Positions 27,010 to 40,917 of a stretch of 64,000 bases of DNA are shown here, in pieces. The DNA comes from Camelus dromedarius. Its lineage: Eukaryota. Under the pieces are notes generated by a model, which searched no databases, was not told the origin of the DNA, and worked only from the letters and a program-made list of their open reading frames with translations. The stretch covers positions 30,196,001 to 30,260,000 of the forward strand of contig NC_087437.1 of assembly GCF_036321535.1 (NCBI RefSeq). The letters run 5' to 3'. The position numbers were made by a program, and so were the translations under genes. Positions within the stretch are counted from its first letter, which is position 1, and every line of letters begins with the position of its first letter.

Positions 27010-27440
27010 TTTTTTAGTTGGCATTCCTTGGCTGCAAGCAAGAGAAAAGGACTCTGCTTAACTTACACTAAAAAAATAATTTATTAGAAATCTATGATGC
27101 AACTCATAATAGTGACGGAAAAGGTAAAGAACCACCACTCAAAAAGCCAAGAAAGCAGGGTCCGAAGGATATAGAGGATGTGAATTACGGGAAAATCTTC
27201 TTAATATGTTACCATCGACATGAACCAGCTCCAACAGTTTTGCTGTCTCAACATCATTCTGGTCAAGATTGAGATTCCCTGAAGGATTCTGATTGGCTTA
27301 GACTGAGCCACATGCCAGGAGCAGGTGGGTCTCCTTGGCGGGCAGTTCTAACAAGACTTTATGAAGGGAAGACAGTTATTTCCCAAAGCAAAATCAGAAG
27401 GAGTAGATATACAGCAGAGAAGAACAACGGACTCTAATGC
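27010..27440. mobile_element. Ancient MaLR LTR (MLT1N-like)
   Basis: CTTGGCTGCAAGCAAGAGAAA...AATTTATTAGAA...TCTGATTGGCTTAGACTGAGCCACATGCC...TTCCCAAAGCAAAATC. Confidence 0.55.
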
Positions 27441-28555
27441 ATCCATCCAATAAAACCTCTGTGTTTATAAATTCATGCAATTATTCACCAACCGAAATTT
27501 ATTGGGTGCCTGCTCTACCAGGCAATGTACTAATTGCTGGGAGTACAAATATGAGTAAGTTGTTAATCCTGTCTTTAATGGGCTTATAGTATAATATGTT
27601 TCTATTGCTTTTCTAATTCATATAATCATTTTATTAAAATTGATGGTTAAACAATTAAATATATACATCTCTCGGGAGCTTTCTGTTGCATCATACCTCA
27701 CTCATGTTCTGTGTGACTTCAACCACAGGTGAATGACCTACCAAGCATCCTGGTCTCTCACTTCATTGACTTCCTCATTAGTAATAAGAATGGCATGAGA
27801 AAAAAAAAATCAGAAATGTCTTCAGGGAAAGATATGTAGGGTCTTGGAAACTTTGTTAAGAATTGAGATTTTATTTTAAGTGTAATTGAGAGCAATTGAA
27901 AGAATGCTGAACTCAAAGGAGGTCACTCTGTCTACTATGTAGAGATGGCATTATGAGAAGATCAGGGAAGCAAGAGCAGGAGCAGGACGTCTGTGAGCAG
28001 GATGTCATGGTGATCTAATTGTGCACTAGAGAAGTGTGTCAGCGGAGGATATGTGAAAAGTGGACAGGTTTAGGAGATACTTCATTTGTGGAGCTAACAA
28101 GAATTGCTTATGGAGTAGTCACGGGGATAAAGAAGGAATCAAGGATAATTTCTAGGTATATAAAGATAAGATCTTTATTTTCTATTTAATTTACTTTCAA
28201 TATGCCAATTCTTCTATCTTGTTTTGACCACAGATTCATTGACCCTTTTATTATTTCTCTATCAGTTCTATCCTGCTTTCATTTCCCTTAAAGCTTGGAT
28301 CAGTGGTTTATTATTTCTACCACTCTTAGGGACATTTCAAACCCCTTACTTCATTCTTCTTCCATTGTACCTCTCTGGTGAAACATTTATAAAACTACCC
28401 ATGTTTTATAATACTTTGACTGGACTTTGGAAATATCACAATGAAACTTATTCAGGACACAATAAAATCAGCCTCCAATCTCAACTCAAACAATGGAAAA
28501 TTTGCCAGTTCTCCATAAGTTCTTGCTTCTCTTCTCCATCTTGACTACTCTGAAA

Positions 28556-29828
28556 CTTCTTGGGTATTTGAGTTTTTGTGGTTCCATAAATTTTAAGATT
28601 ATTTGTTTCAAATCTGTGAAAAATGCTACTGATATTTTGAAAAGGATTGCACTGAATCTGTGCATTGCTTTGGGTAATATGGACATTTTAACAGTATTGA
28701 TTCTTCCAATCCATGAGCACAATATATCTTTTCATTTATTTGTGTTGTCTTCATTTTTTATCAATATCTTATAGTTTTAAGAGCATAGATTTTTTACCTG
28801 CTTGGTTAAATTTATTCCTAAGTATTTTATTCTTTTTGATGCAACTGTAAATGGGACTGTTTTCTTAATTTCCATTCTGATAGTTTATTATTAGTATATA
28901 GAAATACAAGAGATTTCTTTATATTGATGTTGTACCCTGCAACTTCACTGAGTTCATTTATGAATTCTAATAGTGTTTGGTGGAGTCTTTAGGATTTTCT
29001 CTATATATCATGTCATATGAAAATAGTGAATTTTTCTTGGATACCTTTTCATTCTTTTTCTTGCCTGCTGTGGCTAGGGCTTCCAACACTGTTAAATAGA
29101 ACTGGTGAGAGTGGTCATCCCTGTTTTGCTTCTAATCTTAGGGGGAAAGCTTTCTGCTTTTCATCACTGGGTTTGGTGTTAACTTTGGGCTTGTTGTATA
29201 TGACCATTATTATCATGAGTTATGTTCACTCTATACTCACTGCACTGAGAGTTTTTATTAAAAATGGATGTTGAATTTTGTCAAATGCTTTTTCTGCATC
29301 TGTTGAGATATTATATGTATCCTTTGTTTCAGTAAATGAAATCTTCTCATATGACTCAGATGCTTTTCAAGCTGCTGCCTCTGTGCTGGTACTGAATGAG
29401 TTAGTTTGTGCATAAACTTCAAGAGTGATGTCTCAGTTTCTCATAGCCCTCCAGCTCTCTCAGAAGTAAACCCTGCTGGTTTTCAAAGACAGATGTTATG
29501 GGGCTCATGATCCCATTGCAGCTCCCCCCTGCTGAGGAGCCTGATGTGGGGCTTAGAACCCTTGCTCCTAGAGGGGCACCTCTGCGGTTGTGATTTCCCT
29601 CCTGCTTGTGGGTTGCTGCACCAAGGGTGTGGGTTTTGACTAGACCATGTCACTGTCCCTCCTACCTCTCTCTAGGTGTGGTCTTTTCTTTATATCTTAG
29701 TTGTAGAAATATCTGTTCTGTTAGTTTTCAGGTCATTCTCAGAGTTGTTCTGTATGTAGCTGTAGTTTTGCTGTGTCCATTGGAGCGAGTGAGCTCAGGA
29801 ACTTCCTACTCCACCTTCTTGATTCGGC
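28556..29828 (-). mobile_element. L1: about 500 bp of 5' UTR fused to an ORF2 RT-region fragment
   Basis: ORF 28486-28722 translates to CSWIGRINTVKMSILPKAMHRFSAI (L1 ORF2). The DAEKAFDK-coding region is near 29280-29310. 29330-29828 resembles an L1 5' UTR beginning GCCGAATCAAGAAGGTGGAGTAGGAAG on the minus strand. Confidence 0.8.
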
Positions 29829-29864
29829 CATGCTTTACTTTTGTGTTGCTACTACTGCCTCTCA

Positions 29865-30036
29865 GGCTTTCTTGTTCTTTCTCGCTTTTTCATTTCCTTC
29901 CTTCCTTCCTTCCTTCCTCCCTCCCTCCCTCCTTCTTTCTCTCTCTCTGTCTCCCTCCCTCCCTCTTTCCTGCCTTCCCTCTTCCTCCCTCCCTCCCACT
30001 TCCCCCACTCCCTTCCTTCTTTGTTTCTTTTTTTCT
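29865..30036. repeat. Polypyrimidine (CCTT/CCCT/CT) low-complexity tract
   Basis: Direct reading. Confidence 0.92.
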
Positions 30037-30186
30037 TGAAATTTATTTTTTTTCTGTCAGTTCCTTGTGCTGCTCTCCTCTTGAGTTTCTCTTCTAAGCT
30101 TTGTTTTCTTTCAGTAATAGAAAAATCTGTAGTTCCTCTGTCTGGACCCATGAAATTTCCTTGGAGATGACTCTTCCTGTGATCTG

Positions 30187-30187
<1 letters not shown>

Positions 30188-30251
<64 letters not shown>
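30188..30251. repeat. (TG)32 microsatellite
   Basis: Direct reading. Confidence 0.98.
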
Positions 30252-30254
<3 letters not shown>

Positions 30255-31403
30255 ATTTATTACATTGGTAATATGATTAGCTGCCTATATTCTTCGAGCC
30301 AGGCAAGGAAGGGAGCTGGCGGGGTTAGGGGAGAGACCTACTGTTCAGCCTTCAACTATTCAATTAAACCCCCTGTTCTCAGTCTGGCTCCTCACCTTTG
30401 CCCTCTACCAGGTCTGGGATACCCAAATCCACATCCTCTTCTGTTCAGTTTGTCTCAGGAACAAATCGTTTACCTCCTTTGGGATAAAGGGAAAAAATTG
30501 TCAACTGACTATTTTGGTTGAAGTGGGGTTTCTAATAACCTTTAAAAAGAGAGTGTCTGGGCAATATATTTTTAAAATGACATCAGCTTTATACTTGAAG
30601 TCATTCATTAGGATGAGAAATTAAATTTTAGAAGTTTGGAAAAACAAAAAAATTATCTTATGAACTAATTAGCGACTATGAAAAAGAGAAGGCTTGGAGT
30701 CTTTTTTTATTTAATTGCCCAATGTCTGGGAGTAATTGCCAAAGATACTATTTTATATTTTAAAGCTATTTTAGCTTAGAATGTATGATGTTCATTGCCT
30801 ATGTTAGAAATTTAATTTTTGGCTTACCTATTAGCCTTAACAAAATTGCCCTGAGAAAACAGCCCTGGCTTCAAACTATGGCTTTGGAGACTGTATTTTG
30901 GCAATATTTATGTGTGTTAACTGAAGAATTTTCTTAAGGTTTGTATTTCGAGTTTCTACACTTAACAGCTGTTGTCTCCGCTACTCTCCCCTACATTTCC
31001 TTTCTCGTATTCTCTGATGAGTCGATCCTTTATTCATTACCTACAGAAAAGTAAATTGCACTCTATTCAAAATTGTACTTTTCAGAAGGTTGCCCAGCTG
31101 AGAATCATTAGTAACACCACACTGTGAGACTTTAAATTGGTCTCTTTTCATACAGACATATGTGCCTTGCAGTTCTTGTAAGCGTTGCCTATTTGTTTCT
31201 CACGTTTAATCAATGGAATATATCCCAAAGGCTGCTAGTTAGTGTAGAATACTTTCCCTTAATTAAAAGACAATTGTACATAAAGAAAGTGGAAAGAAAA
31301 TTAGAGCTTATACTCAATGAATATACAGCTGCAGTAAAGTATTCTCATTATAAAACATAATGCTTGATTTTTAGATAAGGGAAAAAATCTTATAATTGTG
31401 GAT

Positions 31404-31809
31404 TTTTTTATTGAGGTAAAATTGGTATGTAAAATTATATTAATTTCAGGTGTACAACATAATAATTCAATACTTGAATACACACAAAGTTATCATCACA
31501 GTAAGTCTCATTACCATCTGTCACTATGCAGTTGACTCCCTTCACCTTTTCTGCCCACCCCAACCCTCTCCGCCTCTGATAACCACCTATCCATTTGCTG
31601 TATCTTTGAGTCTTGTTTGTTTATTTGTTTTGGTTTATAGATTTCACATATAAGTGAAATCATGTTTGTCTTTCACTGTTTGACTTATTTCACTTAGAAT
31701 AATGCTCTCAAAGCCCATCCGTGTTGTGACAGAAGGCGATATTTCATTCTTTTTTATGTCTGAGTAGTATTGTATATAAAGTTATATATATATATATAAA
31801 CAGTTTTGT

Positions 31810-31865
<56 letters not shown>

Positions 31866-32103
31866 ATTTTCTTTGTCCATTCATCCATTAATGATGGATC
31901 CTTATGTTGTTTCCATATCTTGGTTGCTGTAAATAATGCTGCAGTAAATATAGGGGTGCATACATCTTTTCAAGTTAGTGCTTTTGTTTCCTTTGAGTAA
32001 ATATCCAGAAGTGGAATTGCTGGATCATGTAGTAGTTCTATTCTTAATTTTTTGAGAAATCTCTCTACTGTTTTCCATAATGTCTAAACCAATTTACATT
32101 TTC
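31404..32103 (-). mobile_element. 5'-truncated L1 3' end (L1MA-like) containing (TA)22 at 31819-31862
   Basis: L1 3' motifs (TGACTTATTTCACTTAG, GCTGTAAATAATGCTGCAG, AGAAGTGGAATTGCTGGATCA). TSD TAATTGTGGAT at 31393-31403 and 32104-32114. Confidence 0.9.
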
Positions 32104-32311
32104 TAATTGTGGATGTTTTAATATGTAAAAAGGGGTCTCAATAAATTGTAAAATACTTCTGCCATCCTTCTCCTGCACTTTTTCTTCTTCTTAGCTATTA
32201 AAATCGGTGTTAGGGGTGGCTATATTTCAATTAGGTAGGAGCACTAGTCACTTGAGTAGTGAGATGACTGTATCAATTCAACTTCAGTTCAAATCAAGTT
32301 AAGACTGCCTG

Positions 32312-34305
32312 CTTTTCCATGCAAAAACTACTAAAGCTGATAAATTCAGCAAAGTAGTGTGGTACATATGGAAACATGTTGCAGTTCTTTATACTAACAA
32401 TGAAAGATCGGAATATGAAAGTTTAAAAAAAAACTCTTTTAAAATTACATCAAATTAAATAAGTAAATAAATAAACCTGACACGAAGGAGGTGAAAGATT
32501 TGTATACAGAGAACTATAAAACATTGATTAAGGAAATTAAAGATGATTTAAAGAAATGGAAATATATCCCATGTTCTTGAGTTGGAAGAATTAATATTGT
32601 TAAAATGGCCACACAACCCAAGGCAATCTACAGATTTAATGTGATCCCTATCAAATTACCTAGGACATTTTTTTTTACAGATTAGAAAAAATAATCCTGA
32701 AATTAATATGGAATCACAAAAGACCCAGAATTGCCAAAGCAATACTGAAGAAAAAGAGTGAAGCTGGAGGAATAACCCTCCCAGACTTCAGACAGTACTA
32801 CAAAGCTACAGTAATCAAAACAGTGTGGTATTGGCAGAAAAACAGACATGTGAATCAATGGCTCAGAATAGGTAGCCCAGAAATAAATCCACATACATAC
32901 AGTCAATTAATCTTCAACAAAGAAAGCAAGAATATGCAATTGAAAAAAGACAGTCTCTTCAACAAGTGGTGTTGTGAAAGCTGGATGGCAACATATAAAT
33001 CAATAAAATTACAACACTCCTTCACAACATAGACAAAAATAAACTCAAAATGGCTTAAAGACTTAAATGTAAGACAAGACATTATAAACTTCCTAGAAGA
33101 AAACATAGGCAAACTATTCCTAATATAAATCATAGCAGTGTTCTCTTAGGGTAGTCTACACAGGCAATAGAAATAAAAGCAAAAATAAACAAATGGGACC
33201 TAACTAAACTTTTAAGTTTTTGCACAGCAAAAGAAACTATAAACAAAAAGAAAGGACAACTTATGAAATACGAGAAAATATTTGCAAATTATGTGACTGA
33301 CAAGGGCTTAATTTCCAAAATATACAGACACCTCATACAACTCAATAACAAAAAACAAACAACCCAATCCTAAAATGGGCAGAATACCTAAACAAGCAAT
33401 TCTCCAATGAAGATGTACAAATGGTCAATATGCACATGAAAAAATGCTCAATATCACTAATTATCAGAGAAATGCAAATCAAAACTACAATGAGGTTATC
33501 ATCTCACACCAGTCAGAATGGCCATCATTCAAAAGTCCACAAACAATAAATGCTGGAGAGGATGTGGAGAAAAGGAAAACCTCCTACACTGTTGGTGGAA
33601 ATGTAGTTTGTTGCAGATATTATGGAAAACAGTATGAAGATTCCTCCAAAAGCTAAAAATAGACTTACCATATGATCTAGCAATCCTACTCTTGGGCATA
33701 TATACAGAGGGAATTCTAACTAGAAAAGATACATGCACTTTAATATTCACAGCAGCACTATATACAATAGCCTACACGTGGAAGCAACCTAAATGTCCAC
33801 TGACAGATGACTGGATAAAGAAGTTGTGGTACATTTATACAATGGAATACTAGTTGGCCATAAAAAAGAATAAAATAATGCCATTTTCAGCAACATGGCT
33901 GGACCTGGAGATTGTCATTCTGAGTGAAGTAAGCCAGAAAGAGAAAGAAAAATACCATACAATATCACTTATATGTGGAATAAATAAAAAAAAAAGACAA
34001 CTGAACTTATTTACAAAATAGAAACAGACTCACAGACATAGAAAAGATACTTATGGTTACCAAGGGTGAAAGGGGAGAGTGGAGGGAGTTTGGGATTTGC
34101 AGATACTAACTACTATATAAAATAGATAAACAACAAAGTCCTACTGTATAGCACAGGGAAATATATTCAATATTTTGTAATAACCTATAATGAAAAATAA
34201 CATGAAAAGGAGTATATATGCATGTGTATAACTGAATCATTATGCTGTATACAAGAAATTAGCAGAACATTGTAAACCAGCTACATTTCAATAATAATAA
34301 TAAAA
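32312..34305 (+). mobile_element. 5'-truncated artiodactyl/camelid L1 (ORF2 C-terminal part plus 3' UTR), disrupted
   Basis: ORF2 remnants ([32 protein letters not shown]), 3' UTR and A-tail. TSD AAGACTGCCTG at 32301-32311 and 34306-34316. Confidence 0.95.
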
Positions 34306-36189
34306 AAGACTGCCTGGCCTGCCTCTGGCATAGTGCTAGGTCCATAGTATAATCAGTGGTAATGAAAGCACATGAAGTTCCTGCCGTAACTTTCTAGATT
34401 AAGCGATATAGGTGAACAAGAAATCAGCATGTTTATCATGTATTGTCAAGTCCTATCTATGAAATAGGATATTGAGATGGAGTCCACTTTGGGTTTGAAA
34501 GCTGAGGTGATCTTTTCTGGCAAGCTGACAGAGGATATGATGAGGATAAGTGAGTGTGATGAGAATAAATTATGAAGAGGGTAAGTGAGTTATTAGACAT
34601 AAAACATTAAAAATATGCCAGAAAGATAGTTAGTCCTATATAACTTCTAATATCATAACATCTCTATAAAAAGTATAATCATCTAATGAATTATGTTGTA
34701 GTTTAAAATATGATTGCTGAAATTTTTGTAAAAAGTGAGTTGAATAAAACTTAAAACTGGGTCTGGAAAATAAATAGGAAAAACTGCTTATTAGAATATA
34801 GACACAAAACAGAAAGACTGGAGATATAAGGTTAAGTTAACATGACATGGGGAGATTAATTCAGATGCCCTGCCACCTGCTTAAAGGAGATCCAGAGGCT
34901 GGTGGCAAAGAAGATGGAAGAGAAATAATATTGCAAACAAAAGAAAAGATAAAGAAAGCAGGGTGTAGATAGAAATAGTCCACTGAGTGGCAGACAGGGC
35001 ATATGAATGACACAGGTAGATCCTGAAAATTTTAGAATAGCACGAATAAAGAGAAAAAAACCCTGAAAGCATTCAGAGATGAAATGGAGATTTGCTGTGA
35101 AGGAGAGAGAACCAGAGGACATAAGACTTCTCCATTCTACTCCAAATTCTCAAGTATGTGGCAAATTAATATTTTGAAAGTGCAAAGACTCAAAGTTAAC
35201 CATTATGTGCCTTGTGAGAAAAAAAAATCTGTAATGAGATATTCCCATAAAATGAAATAATACCAAAAAATAAAAAGTTAATATAAAATACAAGTTCTAG
35301 TTGATTTTAATGTAGAAAATTTTGAAAAAATGGATGAGAAGTATATAAAATGAATTACTTCACTCTCCAGTCCTTGGAATACCTTTAAGTAGTAGGGGTT
35401 TATTGAAGTAAGATTACATTTATTTCTTTTTTTGTCCTATACATACTGCTTGATTCTTGAATGAATAAAATTGATATCATCATAGATTTGAAATACTCTT
35501 ACATGTGTTTATATTTATAGGACCAAATTCTAGACAAAATGAGCAGGACTAATTATTTTTGAGGAACAGAATGTAAAGATGTTTATAATGTTAAAAGTAA
35601 CAACATAGCCAAAATACATATCTGGAGGTGGATATAAGGAAAGGAGGAGAAGTTAGCACAAAAGTACTAAATTCCCCATCTCATTCTCATATCAGACAAT
35701 CAAGTTGATAAAGCTAGCATTGCAATATGTATTCTTATCAAAGTATTTGTTTTATAACTACCAGCTCATTATTTAAAAAAACAACTGTTAAATATGATCA
35801 TATCTGGGTAATGGGATTGCAAAGTGAAAGGATTTTTATTCTATTTAGATAGTCTGTATTTTATCTTAGATACTTCTTTGCCATAGTAATTTTTGCAACT
35901 GTTTGCAAGCATAACTTTAATTTATAAAACTGCTTTAATATTGAAAGCCTGTAATTCTAAACAGAAGATCAAGTATATAATATGTAGAACATTCATATGA
36001 AAGAAGACTATGCAGCCTTAGGAAAGAATCAGGTAAGTCATAGGGATGTTTAGGGAAGCGTGTCCAGGATGCAGTGAAAAAATGAAAAGAAAGTCACAGA
36101 AAAAGCTGCATAGTACAATACTCTTTCTGTATAGAAAGTGACATTACATGTAAATGTATATTAATATGAAGATTTTTTTTTAATTGTGA

Positions 36190-36545
36190 GCTCATACTTG
36201 GCCAAAAAAAGGGAATAAATTACTGATACATGTGTCAAGTGGTAGAAAGCCAAAAGCATTATGTTGAGCAAAGGAAATCATAAACAAAAGGTACAGAAAA
36301 TTAAAGAAATAACAAATCTATGATGTTTGAAATCTATTAGTATTAGTTACCTCTGGGGTGGTGAGGAGGGGCTGTTGGAATTGACTAGAAGGCTGCAAGA
36401 GGGAACTTTCTGGGACAATGCATATGGTCTATATCTTCATTGGGGTGATGATTACTCAGGAGTACATTTGTTAAAACTCATTAAATCATACACTTAAAAT
36501 GTGTGCATTCTATTTCATGTAAACTATAGCTCAATTTACAAAAAT
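36190..36545 (+). mobile_element. Ancient L1 (L1MC/ME-like) 3' end
   Basis: GAGGGAACTTTCTGGG...TATATCTTCATTGGGGTGATG...ACACTTAAAATGTGTGCATT. Confidence 0.7.
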
Positions 36546-37018
36546 TATATGAGTGCACAGATGTATGTATATATGTACAAATGATTATGTATTCATAAGA
36601 TAAAACTGAAAAAATTCTACGTATCAAACTCTTTAGCTCAGGGAAGGATGTAGGGAAAGAATTTATATTCTGCATTTATTTTAATTTTTATGAGCATATT
36701 ACTCTTGTAATAAAATCAAGAGATAAATTTAAAATGCAATTTGAATCCTAAAAGGCCCTGATTTTCAGTTGTTTTAAAACAGGGGTGCTCACCACCAACA
36801 CTGCCTTCCTGCTTCCCAGCTCTAACAGAAATGCCTTTTCCAGGGACCTGTCACTTGGCTTTGTTTCCCCCACCCCTAGTGGGCTGAGGAAGCTGTGAAG
36901 GATAGAGCAACTACTGGGCTGGCAGGAGATTGTTCAGAAATTGAGCACACTGGAGAGAAAACAATAGAGGAGAGGGGGTGGGTAAGAAAATCAGTTCTGA
37001 TTTTCAGCAGAAATTTAC

Positions 37019-37517
37019 CAAGGGTCAAGCACAAAAAGGAAAAGGTATTCTGCAAGATCTCCATTTACAGAATTTTCTGCCAGTGTCTTCAGCAACCTTC
37101 CATGTATATAAGGGTCGTTTGGAAAAGTACATATTAGGTGCACATGTAAGGTCAGCAGTGAACTGCTGTCTGCGTAGGAGAACCAAAACCAAAAAAAAGA
37201 ATGCAGCTATGAGGCATGTCTTTAGCAAGCATTGTTAACTCTTTTAAAGAAGCCAAACTCAAAAGGATTTTTAATGATTGCTTTGCTCCAAGCCCTCCTG
37301 CTGCCACCAGATTTTAACTCAGCATTCCCTTGGGTTATTTCCCCTTTTCATCCTTCCATTTAATACAAAATATCTGCTGCACCAGAACTCAATAGCTAAT
37401 TCATGCTAACAAGCTTTCACTTACCTTGTCCTGGTATTTTGACCTTCTGACACTTACAAATCCCAGGAGTTTCTAAACTCAGGCAATTAGTGCTTCAGAT
37501 TTCTAACCTGGACATCC
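37019..37517 (-). other. Candidate spliced non-coding exon pair (37517-37425, 37169-37019)
   Basis: Donor CAAG|GTAAGT and acceptor TTCTTTTTTTTGGTTTTGGTTCTCCTACGCAG define a 255-nt intron. Confidence 0.35.
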
Positions 37518-37715
37518 CTTGCAGAGGGCAGAGAAAAACTGGCTTTTCATAAGAGAGTGAACTTCTTGCATGTTAACTCCCTGCTGTTAAATTATTGTTT
37601 TAACAGCCAATGGCCCTAGGTTTTCTTGTTTTTTGATTGTTTTTGTTTGAGCCATAGAGATTACAACTTTTAATTTCTTAGCAAACTAAAGCAGACTCAA
37701 GTTTTCTGTAATTCC

Positions 37716-37716
<1 letters not shown>

Positions 37717-37747
<31 letters not shown>

Positions 37748-37748
37748 T
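37717..37748. repeat. (TAGA)n(CAGA)n compound tetranucleotide repeat
   Basis: Direct reading. Confidence 0.9.
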
Positions 37749-38420
37749 TAGGTGACTATATTAATGTAAGTAAACCAATGACTACTGCCCTTAATAAATT
37801 TCTGAGTCCTCTTCCATTCCTGTAGGATCCTGCATGGCTGGCCCTTGTTTCCCATTAATCTTACCTCCTCCTTCCCTTACTTGCTATTCTTCTGCTCTAC
37901 TGACCTCTATTTTTAATTCCTTGATTTAGCTAAGCTTTTGTCATCTTTAGACTTGTAATATTGTTTATAATATTTTTATCTGGTTCTGGAAGCAAGATTA
38001 TGTTGCCCTCATAAAAACAGTTATGAAATTTTCTCTCTATTTCTCTTATTTGGAAAATTTTGAGTAATAATGGTGTTATTGTTCTTTTCATGCCTGGAAG
38101 AATTCACCTATTAGATTGACTGCCTAGGATTTTCTTTGTTAGAAAAATGTAGCAAATTCAATTTATTTAAAAGATCCTTATTATTCAAATTTGCATCTTC
38201 TTTTGATGTCAATTTTGGGAAGTTGTATATTTTTAGGAATTTATCTATTTGATCCAAATCATCAGGCATACTTTTATCTTTTTAACATCTCTATGGTCTG
38301 TAGTGAAGTATCATTTTTCATTCCTGTCGTTGATAATTTGTGTTTTCTTTCTATCTTTTTCAGAACCCTAGCTTGATTCTAATGTGGTCTGAAATAGAGT
38401 AGATTCTTTTATAGTGAACA

Positions 38421-38863
38421 CATGATGATTAAATTTGTGTCGATTGGACTGGGTCACAGGATGGCCAGACTTTTTTTTTTTTTTTTTTTTTGGTCAAACA
38501 TTCAAGATGTTTCTGTGAGGGTGTTTTTAGATAAGATAACATTTAGATTGGTAGACTGAGTAAATCTGATTGCTCTACATAATTTGAGTGGGTCTCATGC
38601 AATCACTTGAAGGCCTGAATGAAACAAAAGGCTGACCCTCCCTCAGGGAAGATAGAGTTCTCGTCCCTGATGATCTTTGAACTGATACATTGGTTCTTAC
38701 TGATTCTGCAGAATCCTGATGCCCTTTTGACTCAAACTAGAATGTTGGTTTTGCAGATACTGGACTTGCTAGCCTCTATGATCCCATAAATCAATACATA
38801 ATAGAATATATATATATATTTTTTTTCTATTAATTCTGTTCTTCTGGAGAACTCTGACAAACA
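38421..38863 (+). mobile_element. Solo ERVL LTR (MLT2)
   Basis: (CA)TGATGATTAAATTTGTGTC...GGTAGACTGAGTAAA...TTCTGTTCTTCTGGAGAACTCTGACAAACA. Perfect 5-bp TSD GAACA (38416-38420 / 38864-38868). Confidence 0.9.
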
Positions 38864-40917
38864 GAACATTGTATACACAATTTTATACACTGTGAACATA
38901 AAAAGAATTGTGAAATCTATTTTTGTTCGATGTAGCATTCTATATATGTCAATTAGCTCAGATTTAATTATACTATTTACATATATTCTATGTACTTTTT
39001 TGTTTTTTCTGTGAGCTATTTTGAGAAGTGTGTTAACATCTTCATTATGATTGTGAATTTGTCTATTCTCTTTACAGTTTGCTGATTGTATTTTATATAT
39101 TTTGAAACCATGCTGTTGGATGTGTGTAAATTTAGGATTTTGAGATCTTGTGGTTGTATTGACCCCTTTATCTGTGGTGTCACTCTTTGTCTCTGATAAT
39201 GTTACTTCTCTTAAAGACTGTTTGTCTGATATTAGTATAACTATGTCAGTTTTCTTTTGGTTAGAATTTGAATGAAATATTTTTCTATCCTTTTATTTAT
39301 ACTCTTTCAGTGTTTTTATATTTAATATATGTTGCTGTATATAGCACATAGGCATTTTAAAATCTAATCTGATAATCTTAATCTTTTGCTTATAATACTT
39401 AGTTCATTTATGTTTAATACTAGTACTGATAATGCTGGGCCTATATCTACCATTTTGAAGGTTGTTTCTGATTTGACTAGCCTATTTTTCTCTCACTTTC
39501 TCTTGGATAAACCAACTTTTTAATTCTTCCATATTTTATTCTATACTTGTCAATTATGCATTGTTTTGCTATTCTTTTTATGTTTCATGCACTAGGATTT
39601 TAGCTTGTATACTTGATATAATTGTATAATACAAAATATTACTCTTACCACTTCCACATTAGTGCTAGAACCTTAGAAAATTTTAGCTTTATACATTACT
39701 GTCTACTGTTTGAGTAATAATTGTTTTTGAGTTTAATTATACATATTTTTAAAACTTTCCAGGACATTACTAGTATCATTTTGTAGCCAACATTTATTAA
39801 TAGTTATCTACATGATCATCTTTTCTGATATTCTTTGTTCTTTTCTGTATGTCCCTGTTTTAAATTTCCTTCTGCCAAAAGAGTTTTCCTTGGTATTTTT
39901 TAAAAGTAAGCTTACTGGGAATGAATTCTCTCAGTTTTTATTAAAAACATCTCAGTCACCTATATTTGCAAAAGATATGATTGTTGAATATACCATTCTA
40001 GGTTTGTAGGGTTTTTTACTTCCAACATTGTGGAGATGCTATCCCATTGTCTTCTGGCTTTCTTTCTCTTGATAAAGAAAATTGCCTCTCCTTTGAAGTT
40101 AAAGTGTCATTTTCCTCTGACTTCTTTTAAAAATTATCTTTTATTTAGGTTTTAGCAGAATTGCTATGATTTACTAGATATTGTTTCTTTGTATTTATCC
40201 TGATTTGGGTTCTCTAAGCTTCTAAATCTGTGGGTTGATGACTTTTTATCATCTTTGAGCCATTACCTCTTTAAAGTATTAGTTATGACACAGTCTCACT
40301 TCGTTTCTAGAACTCCAGTTCTTTCACTCTTCTCCTGAGACTCTAATTGCATGTGTATGAGAACTTTTAGTTGTGTTTTGATAGTTATTGGTGTTTCACA
40401 TACTCTTAAGTCCTTTTCTGATTTATTTTCTCAGTACTTCAGTCTGGATAGCTCCTGTTGACCTGCCTTACAATTTATCATACCTGTCTTCTTCTGTGTC
40501 TAAACTGCTGGTAAATTTGCCCACTGGATTCTCCTCCAGACATTATATTTCTCAATTCTAGAATCTCACTTTTTTTTTTAGATTCAAATTCTCTATGGAT
40601 ATTCTTCATGATTTTGCCAAATTTGTCTATTATTTTACTTGCTGTATTTTTAAGCATAATAATCAAAGTTATTTTTAAGTTCTCCTGGTAACTCCAATAC
40701 CTGGATTACCTATGAATCCATCTCTGTTGTCTAGGTATTATTTTCCTCCTTTTGTTGTTAGCAATTTGTTTCTGTATCTTGGCATATTAATGTCACACAT
40801 TGTGTATATAAAAAGAAATTATACAGCCATATTTTTCGTCAGAGGATATCTTCCACAGGAAAGAGTTTACCCTTTACACTGCTATTAAAATAGAATTCTA
40901 TTAATATATAATATACA

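Noticed and set aside
29606..30170. Longest ORFs in the track (Pro/Ser/Leu- or Glu/Arg/Gly-rich)
   Set aside because: Open only because the polypyrimidine tract lacks stop codons.
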